NCBI GenBank assembly: GCA_045538685.1
Contig: JAZSRX010000034.1
Location: 11,111-75,110, forward strand
Source of the DNA: Eubacteriales bacterium
GTDB lineage: Bacteria; Bacillota; Clostridia; Oscillospirales; CAG-272
Length of the DNA stretch: 64,000 bases
Reading direction: 5' to 3'
The position numbers and the translations under genes were made by a program. Shown piece after piece: positions 9,121-17,940 of the stretch (position 1 is its first letter; every line of letters begins with the position of its first letter). The notes under the pieces were generated by a model, which had not been told where the DNA came from, searched no databases, and saw nothing but the letters and a program-made list of their open reading frames with translations.

Positions 9121-10038
9121 TTATGTAAACATATATTGACAATTTCGGCAATATTCGTTTGTTGGCTGCTGTTTTTTGAATAATTCAAACTTCTGTGATG
9201 ACATTATTTCATCAATGGAACTGTGGTACACATTACCGATCTCGGTGGGATTAAACATTCCGCAGGGTGTTACCGTTCCGTCATAATTTATGCATATATC
9301 CTGTCCTACGTTGGGGCAGGAGGCATAGTTTGCACAGGTGGGTGTGGTGTTTTCGGTCTCAAAAGATACACCCGAAATCTGAGAAGGCAGACGAAGCATC
9401 AGGTTTGTTCCCTCGAAAAGCTCCTTCATCTTCTTATACAAATCGGCAAGATACTCAGATTCAAGATTAACCATACGGTTAAACTCGCTTTCCATATCGT
9501 AATTACGAACTGCGTTGCAGAAGAAGTGGCAATTATGCTCTCTGGCAAACCTTGCAACCTCATACGTCTCGTAAAAATTGGCGGGCTGAAGGGTGTACAC
9601 AATGGCTGTGGTGGAGGACACAGAGCAAAGCTCCTCTATATTCTTCATCACTCTTTCAAAATTGCAACCTGCTCTTATTTTTTCAAGATTTTCCTTCTTC
9701 ACACTGTCAAGAGAAATCATTACCTCGCAGGAGCAGTCTGCAAGTGCCTTTGTAATTCCTTCGTCATTATAGTTCATATTGGTGAACAGACGTATTCTGT
9801 TTTTCGGGAATTTCTCTCTTGCGTAATAAATGAATTTTGAAAATTCGGGGTGGATTGTGCTCTCTCCGCGTCCGTTTAACCTTAGTACACTGTACCGTCC
9901 GTCAAGCTCGGTAAGAATTTTGGTATAAAGCCCAAAATCCATAAAATAACCCGGCTTGTTATATCTTGCACCGTATCCGCACATCACGCAATTAAGATTG
10001 CAGTTACGGCTTACTTCAACAATTATTTCTTTATACAT
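9121..10038 (-). CDS. Radical SAM/SPASM-type enzyme (305 aa)
   Basis: VSRNCNLNCVMCGYG, LNGRGESTIHPEF, C-terminal CANYASCPNVGQDICINYDGTVTPCG...YCRNCQY. Confidence 0.85.
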   Translation of the reverse strand: MYKEIIVEVSRNCNLNCVMCGYGARYNKPGYFMDFGLYTKILTELDGRYSVLRLNGRGESTIHPEFSKFIYYAREKFPKNRIRLFTNMNYNDEGITKALADCSCEVMISLDSVKKENLEKIRAGCNFERVMKNIEELCSVSSTTAIVYTLQPANFYETYEVARFAREHNCHFFCNAVRNYDMESEFNRMVNLESEYLADLYKKMKELFEGTNLMLRLPSQISGVSFETENTTPTCANYASCPNVGQDICINYDGTVTPCGMFNPTEIGNVYHSSIDEIMSSQKFELFKKQQPTNEYCRNCQYMFT

Positions 10039-10849
10039 TTTTGTCCATTAATTTTGATAATCTGTCAACGGCTCTCAGCATATCGTCATCATCGACATAG
10101 AAATCGTTGATAATAATATCCTTGCCCTTGAATTTTTCAATAACCCATCTTTTCACTACGCAATAAATCGCAGAGTGAAGCTCCATATGTGTTTCGGCAA
10201 TAACCGCCCTCACCGCAGAAAGAAGCTCTGAGTCGTCCTTATCGTACTCCTCGTCGTGATAGTAAAGCTCCTTATTCCACTGCATAGTGTTATCCGAATA
10301 CTCCATATGAGTGCGAATGGATTTGCTGTCCCTCTCCTCTTTTACGGCAGGGGAAAGAGGTCTTCCAAGGCCGCTGACGTGGTTTTCACATTCAAGAAGG
10401 AAAAGTCCCTCGAACATTTTGTGCACAAGATCCTCTACGTCATCCCAATAGTATTTATATTTGCAAACAATATTGTCCTTGAATGCCTGCTGCTTTTCTC
10501 TGTGCTCGGGCGGCTGCTTTTTCCAATAGCCAAACCTGCGATGATCCTTTTGCACAAGGGCGATTATGGGCTTTCCAATCTCAGCGGCATACTCACATTC
10601 AAGCTCGGTATAGCTGTAATTATCCCAGGTTACCGAGCCGTATCTGTCGCCAAGAATAGCAACGTAAAAATCGCATTCGTCTATGGTTCTTTTTATGTTT
10701 TTCCACTGTTCCAGAGGAGGAAGAACAAAGAATGTTTCCATTCCCGAAAATATGTAATGATTTTTTATTATTTCTTTTATCGCCTTGGGACGCTCGTCCT
10801 TCAGATCATAATAAGTGGAGCTTAAAAAAACCACTATTTTTTTATCCAT
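10031..10849 (-). CDS. DUF4062-like domain protein (272 aa)
   Basis: The N-terminal ~100 aa fit the DUF4062 pattern as I remember it (VVFLSSTYYDLKDER...GMETF...CDFYVAILGDRYGS). The acidic C-terminal ~150 aa are unassigned. It overlaps both neighbours by 8 nt. Confidence 0.6.
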   Translation of the reverse strand: MDKKIVVFLSSTYYDLKDERPKAIKEIIKNHYIFSGMETFFVLPPLEQWKNIKRTIDECDFYVAILGDRYGSVTWDNYSYTELECEYAAEIGKPIIALVQKDHRRFGYWKKQPPEHREKQQAFKDNIVCKYKYYWDDVEDLVHKMFEGLFLLECENHVSGLGRPLSPAVKEERDSKSIRTHMEYSDNTMQWNKELYYHDEEYDKDDSELLSAVRAVIAETHMELHSAIYCVVKRWVIEKFKGKDIIINDFYVDDDDMLRAVDRLSKLMDKNV

Positions 10850-12035
10850 TTTGCATTTCCGCCTTTTTAAGAAGAAAGTTTTCTATTTTTTTAAATGCTT
10901 CCACAATATAACCTGTATCCTTATCGCTGACAAGCAGTAATTCGTGGGGAATCAGCACCACTCTGCCCGCCATACTGTGACACACCGAGAGATCGTCTGC
11001 ACATCTTCCGCCCGAGGTACGAAATGCCTCCTGCATATCGCAGCTTTTCTCATAGGAAGGAATAATCGGTATTCCCTCGCTGCGAATAAGACGTACAAAA
11101 TCCTCTGCACAGCCGTATTTCTCGTTGCAATATATAGCCAGGGTGTGATAAATTCTGCGTCTTGTATCGGTCTCGGTCTTTTGCGTGGTGAAAATTTTAC
11201 TGTCCTTTAATGCGTCGGCAATTCGACGGGCATTTTTCGCCCTTTTCTCTGCCTCGGAGTCGAATTTAGAAAGCTGAGATACGGCAAAGCAGGCACAAAG
11301 CTCGCTAAGACGGATATTTGTGCCGTTATATTTATGCTCATACCACTTACAGCCCTCACCTCGTCCGCAGTTGTGCAGGGCATACATATATTTATATAGC
11401 TTCTCGTCGTCGGTTGCCACTGCTCCGCCCTCTCCGCAGGTAAGGTTTTTGCTCTTCTGGAAGGAATAAACACTGATATCCGCATACTGACAGTCGCCAT
11501 ATCCCACACTGCCAAAGGACTGAGCACTGTCCGCAATTATCTTTATATCCCGATTGCCGATAAGCTTTCGGATTCTTGAAATATCCACCGCATTTCCTGC
11601 CCAGTCAACCGCCATAACTCCTCGGGTTTTCTCGGTTATAAGCTTTGCAAAGCTGTCGGCAATGTTAAATGTATCGGGATTTATATCGCAGATAACAGGA
11701 ACAGCTCCAACAGCAACAATAGAGGATATGCTGGAATAAAAGGTATATCCGGGAACGATAACCTCGTCACCCGCACCGATACCAAGTCCCCGAAGGGCAA
11801 GTTCAAGTCCAACCGTTGCATTGGCTACGGTTATTGCATATTTTCTTCCGTTGCGAAGGGCGGTTTCCTTTTCCAGCCGTGTATTATATTCTCCGCCGGC
11901 TTTGGCAATTTTACCCGACTTAATCAGTCGGCCAATAAGCTTTATATCCTGTTTTGAGGTTATTGGCCAGGGAGCACAAATCTCTTTACAAACCGGCTTT
12001 CCTCCGTGAAAAGCGGGCAAATCATTTTTTATCAT
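10842..12035 (-). CDS. DegT/DnrJ/EryC1/StrS-family PLP-dependent sugar aminotransferase (397 aa)
   Basis: The ORF-track start at 12110 lies inside the upstream gene; ATG at 12035 gives MIKNDLPAFHGGKPV. PLP-lysine motif YSFQKSKNLTCGEGG. Confidence 0.85.
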   Translation of the reverse strand: MIKNDLPAFHGGKPVCKEICAPWPITSKQDIKLIGRLIKSGKIAKAGGEYNTRLEKETALRNGRKYAITVANATVGLELALRGLGIGAGDEVIVPGYTFYSSISSIVAVGAVPVICDINPDTFNIADSFAKLITEKTRGVMAVDWAGNAVDISRIRKLIGNRDIKIIADSAQSFGSVGYGDCQYADISVYSFQKSKNLTCGEGGAVATDDEKLYKYMYALHNCGRGEGCKWYEHKYNGTNIRLSELCACFAVSQLSKFDSEAEKRAKNARRIADALKDSKIFTTQKTETDTRRRIYHTLAIYCNEKYGCAEDFVRLIRSEGIPIIPSYEKSCDMQEAFRTSGGRCADDLSVCHSMAGRVVLIPHELLLVSDKDTGYIVEAFKKIENFLLKKAEMQNG

Positions 12036-13506
12036 ATACTTTAAGTCTTTCAAGTGTGCCGTTCTGCACGAACTGACAGTGTCCGCAGTGCATAGGCATT
12101 TTGTTGTCATAGAATGCCTGTCTCCAGGTCTTATATACAGGCGAGTTGATTATTTCCTTGATAGGTGTTTCAAAAACGTTGCCTACAATTACGTTCTTGT
12201 TAAAGCAACATATAGCCACGTTTCCGTCAATATCAATATAGGGCTTTTCTGCAAGCCAATCGCAAATTCCCTGACAGTTGTAAAGAGCAGACTGCTTTTC
12301 GTAAACCTGGGGAATTTCGGTAAGCTCCATATCCTTGTTCTTCTCGGAAAGCTCCTCCTGCATATTTACGGAAACACTTGAAGCCACCGAGTTCATTTTC
12401 TCGATTTCTATTGCTATCTGCTCATCATTCTCGCAGTCAAGAAGCATATCCTCGGGAACAAGCACCTCGATGCCAATCTCTCTGCCAACCTTCAGGCACT
12501 CCTTAAATGAGCGAGAGGAAACATTGGGATAATTGATAAGCTCGTCGTCATAATTTCCGATTTCCTTATATGCTTTAAGACAGTTAAAGGCAATTCTCTT
12601 AAAGCCGTATTTTTTGGCAAACAGAACAAGGTCGGTAAGATGAAGAATGTTCTGTCTCATAGCCACACTTGCCATACAAAGCAGAACCTTATCGCTTACG
12701 GTATTAAGCAGGGCAAGATTCTTTTCAAAGGTCTCAAAGGAAATGTTCTTTCTGATTTCCTCAAAGATTTCCTTGTTCGCACCGTCGCAGGATACATTAA
12801 GCTGTCTGAAAATTCTTGAAACATATCCGAAAAGCTCGGGGCTGAGGTAAGAAAGGTTTGTATTTGTAACAATCTGTACACCGTACTTTTCGCAGGCGGC
12901 AAGAGTTTTCAGGATGCTTTTATCCATAAAGGGCTCGCCTGTTCCGTGGAGAGTAAGAATCTCTGCATAAGGAAGAAGCTCATCAAACTTTTCAAGCATT
13001 CTCTCGTCAAGGTGCTTTGCGTGCTTGTTCTTTAAGAAGTAGTGGGTGCACATAATACACTGTGCATTACAGAAATTGGTGTGGGATATATGCAGATATC
13101 TTGGCATATAATCCGCAACGGTGTTCTTTGTGGCAACAGCCACGTCGATTTTAAGCTTGTTAAACATTTTAAGCTGTTTATAAAGCTTGTTGTCAAAGAG
13201 AAATTTTTCCACCTCGGCAAGGAAGAAGGAGTCGTCTATCGAGAATATCTGTGAGAAATAATAGATATACTGCGAAGGAGTGTTCTCCAAAAGTCGGGGC
13301 TGATTGTTATCGTCCATTATATGTATGATTGCGTCAAAATTCTCTTCACCCATACAGCAGAAAACACCGAGAGGTGACATTCTCTCTGCCTCTGTCTCGG
13401 ATACAAAAATCTTAATCTGATCCTTCAAAATGTGGGAAATCTGCTTTGCGGAGCATATACACTTGAACACTCCGTCTCCGCTTCCCTTGATGTATATATT
13501 TTTCAT
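12022..13506 (-). CDS. Radical SAM/SPASM-type enzyme, long form (494 aa)
   Basis: HTNFCNAQCIMCTH, LHGTGEPFMD, C-terminal CQGICDW...AICCF...HCGHCQF; ~145 aa N-terminal extension. Confidence 0.85.
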   Translation of the reverse strand: MKNIYIKGSGDGVFKCICSAKQISHILKDQIKIFVSETEAERMSPLGVFCCMGEENFDAIIHIMDDNNQPRLLENTPSQYIYYFSQIFSIDDSFFLAEVEKFLFDNKLYKQLKMFNKLKIDVAVATKNTVADYMPRYLHISHTNFCNAQCIMCTHYFLKNKHAKHLDERMLEKFDELLPYAEILTLHGTGEPFMDKSILKTLAACEKYGVQIVTNTNLSYLSPELFGYVSRIFRQLNVSCDGANKEIFEEIRKNISFETFEKNLALLNTVSDKVLLCMASVAMRQNILHLTDLVLFAKKYGFKRIAFNCLKAYKEIGNYDDELINYPNVSSRSFKECLKVGREIGIEVLVPEDMLLDCENDEQIAIEIEKMNSVASSVSVNMQEELSEKNKDMELTEIPQVYEKQSALYNCQGICDWLAEKPYIDIDGNVAICCFNKNVIVGNVFETPIKEIINSPVYKTWRQAFYDNKMPMHCGHCQFVQNGTLERLKVYDKK

Positions 13507-13525
13507 TTTCGATTCCTCGCTTATT

Positions 13526-14389
13526 TTACAAATTTCTATATCCGAATTTTATACTCGATATCCATTTTCCCATAATGTGATAGAAAAGCTCGCCCGTCAG
13601 CAAATGTGCGTTTTTACGGAACAGAAGTGTTGGGCCGATGCTCTTCCAGAACATCTTGTGAAGCCGTCCGTCAAAGCTGCCCTTTTTCGGGCCGTACCTC
13701 TTCTGAAGCTTAGTTGACGAAACACCGTCGCGATAGCTCTTTTTCAGCATTTGCTTACGTTTTGTGGGAGAGTGTGCATAGACAATCGGCTTCGGTGTGT
13801 ATTTAAGAGTTGCACCAGAATCAAGTGCTCGCCACATAAGATCCACGTCCTCGGCATTATTGCCAAACCACTCGTCAAAGCCGGAAAGCTTTGTGAGCAA
13901 TTCCTTTTTATAGGCACAGTTTGCGGTGATAAAAGAGGTTCTCAGATTCCTCTCTTTTACATAAAACTCCTCGTCGGGAAAAACCATAATGTTTTTAAGC
14001 CAAAGCTCCGACCAGAATTTTTCAACCTCGGTCTCGGGAGGAGCACCAACTACCTTTCCGCCGATGGCATCAATATTACCGTCCGACTCAAATGCCGCCC
14101 TTATAGATGCAATCCACTCGGGATGAACATAATTATCGCCATCTGTAAAAGCGATAATATCCCCCTTGGCATGCATAATTCCCACGTTTCTACCCGAGGC
14201 GGCAGTTCTGTTTGGATTGTCATATACGGTTGCTCCCGTAGCGGTGGCAAGTTCTTTTGTCCTGTCACAAGACATTCCGTCTGCCACTATAATTTCACAG
14301 GGCAGCTCGGTATTAGCGAGAATACTCTCTATACATTTTGCAATTCCCTTTTCCTCGTTATAGGTCGGGATTACAACAGATATCGTCAT
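13526..14389 (-). CDS. Family 2 (GT-A) glycosyltransferase (287 aa)
   Basis: TISVVIPTYNEE...IIVADGMSCDRT...FTDGDNYV; its start overlaps the upstream stop as TAATG. Confidence 0.85.
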   Translation of the reverse strand: MTISVVIPTYNEEKGIAKCIESILANTELPCEIIVADGMSCDRTKELATATGATVYDNPNRTAASGRNVGIMHAKGDIIAFTDGDNYVHPEWIASIRAAFESDGNIDAIGGKVVGAPPETEVEKFWSELWLKNIMVFPDEEFYVKERNLRTSFITANCAYKKELLTKLSGFDEWFGNNAEDVDLMWRALDSGATLKYTPKPIVYAHSPTKRKQMLKKSYRDGVSSTKLQKRYGPKKGSFDGRLHKMFWKSIGPTLLFRKNAHLLTGELFYHIMGKWISSIKFGYRNL

Positions 14390-15483
14390 TATCTTTTCTC
14401 CAATAAATTTTCTTTGCGAGTAATGTTAAACTCGGCAGTACAAAGCAACCAACAGCCCTCACAGCGACATTCTGCCATTGCTCTTCTCTGTTCGGAATAG
14501 CTCTCCGACATCCATATATCCGGAAGCGATTTTTCCTTCAAGTCGCCCACCGTAGGAAGCGAGGTGCTCCAACAGCTTCTCACCGTAAGGTTGGGCCAAA
14601 TGTAAACCGCCTCGTATCCGCAAAGGCACTGATACTGCCCTCTCGGAATTCGCTTTCCCGTTCTGAAAAAGTCCGAAAAATACTCTAAATACTCTCTCGA
14701 ATTAAGAATTAAGTATCCCTCGTCCTTCATTTCAAGAATCCGCCTGATAACACGCTCGGTCTCACAGGCATCTGTCACAGTAAGCGAGTTCTCGCCGTTA
14801 ATAAAATTGTGATAGGGTGTAAGCTGAACATTTACACCGTCTTTGGTGCATTTTTCTATCAGCTCTATAACGTCTTTTTGATTGTTCTCGGAGAGAACCG
14901 CCGTTACATTAAAAACAAGATCGGGGTGAATTTCTCTGAAACGAAGAACATACTCGTATGACTTCATAACCGACTCAAAATCAATGCCTCGGTTTTCCTT
15001 ATAATGCTCTCTGTCAAAAGAGTCAATGGACATAATTATATATCTCTGTCCCGCCTTATAAACCGACTCTAATTTTTTAGGCAAAAGAATACCGTTGGTA
15101 AGCAAAATCGGCTCTATTTTCCGAGCGACCATACCGCCGATAACCGCCTCTATATCCTTATAAATCAGGGGCTCACCGCCGCTTACCGAGCAGGCCTTAA
15201 CTCCCATTTTTTCAAGTCCGTCAAGAACCGGGAGAATTTCCTCGATGCTTCGCTCTGTAAGCTTGCCCTGATTTCTCGAATAGGCATGCTCACAATAGGC
15301 ACAGTCTGAATTACAACGCATCGTTATTTTGAAAAAGGCATAGCGGATTTTTTCGGGTATGGCTCCGCACCTGTGGCACTTTTCCACCTCGTGTGCGTGA
15401 TTAATAAGCTCACCCGGATATTCCTGTCCGAAATGAGACGCACAAAGACGTTCAATTTCGGTTATAAAGTTTTTATCCTTCAT
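14389..15483 (-). CDS. Radical SAM enzyme with C-terminal Cys-rich (SPASM/twitch-like) region (364 aa)
   Basis: TMRCNSDCAYCEH, VSGGEPLIYKD, C-terminal YQCLCG...RSCW...CRCEGCWLLC. Confidence 0.8.
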   Translation of the reverse strand: MKDKNFITEIERLCASHFGQEYPGELINHAHEVEKCHRCGAIPEKIRYAFFKITMRCNSDCAYCEHAYSRNQGKLTERSIEEILPVLDGLEKMGVKACSVSGGEPLIYKDIEAVIGGMVARKIEPILLTNGILLPKKLESVYKAGQRYIIMSIDSFDREHYKENRGIDFESVMKSYEYVLRFREIHPDLVFNVTAVLSENNQKDVIELIEKCTKDGVNVQLTPYHNFINGENSLTVTDACETERVIRRILEMKDEGYLILNSREYLEYFSDFFRTGKRIPRGQYQCLCGYEAVYIWPNLTVRSCWSTSLPTVGDLKEKSLPDIWMSESYSEQRRAMAECRCEGCWLLCTAEFNITRKENLLEKR

Positions 15484-15493
15484 AAAATGAAAA

Positions 15494-16828
15494 TCACTTT
15501 CTGAGTATATCGTATGTGTTGGTGCTGATGTCCTTTAATGTATCCGCAAGCTTCTTTCCGTCATCCATATTTCCCTCTAAGCAGAGGCAGAAGACCTTCC
15601 ACCAAAGCATTTTTTCATTCTTTGACAGGGGGAAATACTCTTTTTCAAGGAAACGGCAGAAGTTTACATAACGAAGCTCGCCGAAATACTCGCAAACACC
15701 GTCTGTCTCTTCAACCGCAACCGTTCTGCGATTTCTGATGGCATCAAGAATTCCCTCTCTTGTATTCTCCTTGCAGAAGGCAATAGTGTAATGAGTAGGG
15801 AATATACAGCTTTCGTCATCGGCATTTACAATATGGCTGTCCGACTGACCGAGGAAGGCATAGGGACGGTCGATATTTCGCATACATTCAAGGGCGAGAA
15901 GATGCTGCTGCTGGGAAATTATACTGCTTCCCTTAGGCGAACCGCCCACGACCTCAAATGCGTCAACCTTTCCGCTTTCTATATAGCTCTTGATAAGCGA
16001 ATGAGGAGCATCAAGACGTGTCCAATCAAAAATGGGCTTCCAATAGGGATGACAGAGAACGGTAAGACCGCCAAGCTGATGCACCTTGTCCGAAAGCTTG
16101 CAAAGCCGTTCTGTAATCCAACGAAGCTTTTCCTCCCGGGAATTGAACTCGGGAATACTGTCAAGACGATAAAGCTCCTTCGGAACCGGCTCTTCTGCAC
16201 CGAGAGAAATAATATGCATCGGCTGATAATTGCAGGAGAACTCCTCTCCGTTAAGAACGGTAAGCTGTCTGTCAATATAAACCTCCGACAGCATTTCCAG
16301 ATATTTTTTCGCCTGAACAGAGCCCTCATAGTTATTGTGGTCGGTCAGGGCGATATAGTCAAATCCGCTTTTAAGAGCCATACCGATGTGCTGAGAGGGC
16401 TCTTCAAGTCCGTCGGAATATGTGCTGTGCAAATGGGTGTTACCCTTCAAGGGCAGGAGAGGATACATATCCTCTTCAAGTGCGTACACAAAGGTGGTGA
16501 GTATCATTTCCTTATCGCCGCTTTCGTGTCTTTTCCAAATTGCTATCATATAGTCCTGTTCCTCGTTAAATTCGTAGGAGAAGGAAAGCACACCGTCTTT
16601 TGCCGTTACAACAAAGGGATTCTGCTCGGTTGCACTGTTTGCGGCAACCTCATATTCAAGCAGAGGACTTACGAGAACAAAATAATCGCCCTCTAAAACA
16701 AAGTGGGGATATGCGGTAACATACCTGCTTCTTACGGTGATAACCGCCTCTTCGTGTGCCTTTACAATACGGGGACTCAAAACAAAATAATTTTTCTTGT
16801 TTGTCTGGTAATAGGTAGGAATAGACAT
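15494..16828 (-). CDS. PHP-domain metal-dependent phosphoesterase (444 aa)
   Basis: GNTHLHSTYSDG...IALTDHNNYEG (PHP HxH...SDG signature) after a ~125 aa N-terminal domain. Confidence 0.65.
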   Translation of the reverse strand: MSIPTYYQTNKKNYFVLSPRIVKAHEEAVITVRSRYVTAYPHFVLEGDYFVLVSPLLEYEVAANSATEQNPFVVTAKDGVLSFSYEFNEEQDYMIAIWKRHESGDKEMILTTFVYALEEDMYPLLPLKGNTHLHSTYSDGLEEPSQHIGMALKSGFDYIALTDHNNYEGSVQAKKYLEMLSEVYIDRQLTVLNGEEFSCNYQPMHIISLGAEEPVPKELYRLDSIPEFNSREEKLRWITERLCKLSDKVHQLGGLTVLCHPYWKPIFDWTRLDAPHSLIKSYIESGKVDAFEVVGGSPKGSSIISQQQHLLALECMRNIDRPYAFLGQSDSHIVNADDESCIFPTHYTIAFCKENTREGILDAIRNRRTVAVEETDGVCEYFGELRYVNFCRFLEKEYFPLSKNEKMLWWKVFCLCLEGNMDDGKKLADTLKDISTNTYDILRK

Positions 16829-16842
16829 AATTTTTCCTTTCT

Positions 16843-17940
16843 TTAAACGAGAATCAGCAATACCGCGAAGGAAATACTGACACTTAACAGTAAAATCAAG
16901 TATTTAATTTGGTTTCCCGGGAATGTGCCGTGCTCCTGATATTTTGAATACATAACCTGTCTATACAGGGGCTTTACGGTTTTATACTTTATGCAGCCCG
17001 AGATTGTTCCAAGCTTTTCGAACACCGAAAGAAGCTCTATTAAAATCGCCTTAAAAAATCCGATTTTTTCCTTGACAGATGAGTAAACTCCGCCTATCAA
17101 AAGGTGCGAGAGGAACATAATCGGTGACATAAGCAATGCCCAACATCCCACAAAGCAGGTGCAAAGCAGGGAAAGTGCGGTTATCATTATCCAAACCGCT
17201 ATCCAGTTTACGTCGGCAATCAGTCTTTTGGGGTTCGACTTGGCAACAAGAACATTCGACCGTCCGTAGCTTATAAGTCGGGTTGCAACGTCCTTAAAAT
17301 TAAGCCAGGTTTCGTTGCTGTGATAAACAACCGCATCGGGTGCGGACTTAATCACATAACCTGCGTCGCAGATGCGAAAACCGATGTCAACATCCTCTCC
17401 GCCCGGCTTGTTGGGAAAATCGGGGTTAAATCCGCCCGATTTGTCAAATGCCTCTCGCAGAAGAGAAAAGTTGGCGGTTACACCCCAGGAAAGCTCCTCC
17501 TGCTCTAACGGCTGAACAAATGCCGCACACCAAGAGGTTTTTGATATCGCCTTTATAAAGGAATTTTCCCCTCCTTCAAGGATAACAGGGCCACATACCG
17601 CACCGATCTTTTCATCGGTGTATTTTTTTAGATGTTCGTTCAGAATATTGGGTGTTACAACACAGTCGGAGTCGCAATAGAACAGCAGATTGTACTTTGC
17701 ATAAGAGACGCATTTGTTGCGTTTTATCGCCACCGATGAGGGCTCGTAATAATATCTTGCATTATGCTTCTCACAAAGAATCTCAATTGCCGAGGCATCC
17801 TCCTTACCCGAATTGTCAAGCACCACAAGCTCGCTTGGCAAAGGGCAATTTTTCCTTGCCTCATCAAGACTGCAAAACAGACGTTCAAGCAGCTTTACCC
17901 TGCCGTAGCAGACAATCAGAATACTTATTCCGTCAATCAT
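16843..17940 (-). CDS. Membrane-anchored GT2 glycosyltransferase (polyprenyl-phosphate glycosyltransferase-like architecture, 365 aa)
   Basis: ISILIVCYGR...VVLDNSGKED...YCDSDCVV, followed by hydrophobic C-terminal segments (WIAVWIMITALSLLCTCFVGCWALLM, YLILLLSVSISFAVLLILV). Confidence 0.75.
   Translation of the reverse strand: MIDGISILIVCYGRVKLLERLFCSLDEARKNCPLPSELVVLDNSGKEDASAIEILCEKHNARYYYEPSSVAIKRNKCVSYAKYNLLFYCDSDCVVTPNILNEHLKKYTDEKIGAVCGPVILEGGENSFIKAISKTSWCAAFVQPLEQEELSWGVTANFSLLREAFDKSGGFNPDFPNKPGGEDVDIGFRICDAGYVIKSAPDAVVYHSNETWLNFKDVATRLISYGRSNVLVAKSNPKRLIADVNWIAVWIMITALSLLCTCFVGCWALLMSPIMFLSHLLIGGVYSSVKEKIGFFKAILIELLSVFEKLGTISGCIKYKTVKPLYRQVMYSKYQEHGTFPGNQIKYLILLLSVSISFAVLLILV

Noticed and set aside
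9121-15483. Prokaryotic viperin-like antiviral rSAM (with DUF4062 as a defence hint)
   Set aside because: The 305-aa and 364-aa rSAMs carry SPASM-like C-terminal Cys clusters instead of the viperin C-terminal nucleotide-binding region as I recall it. They are also embedded in a co-translated biosynthetic operon rather than a defence island.
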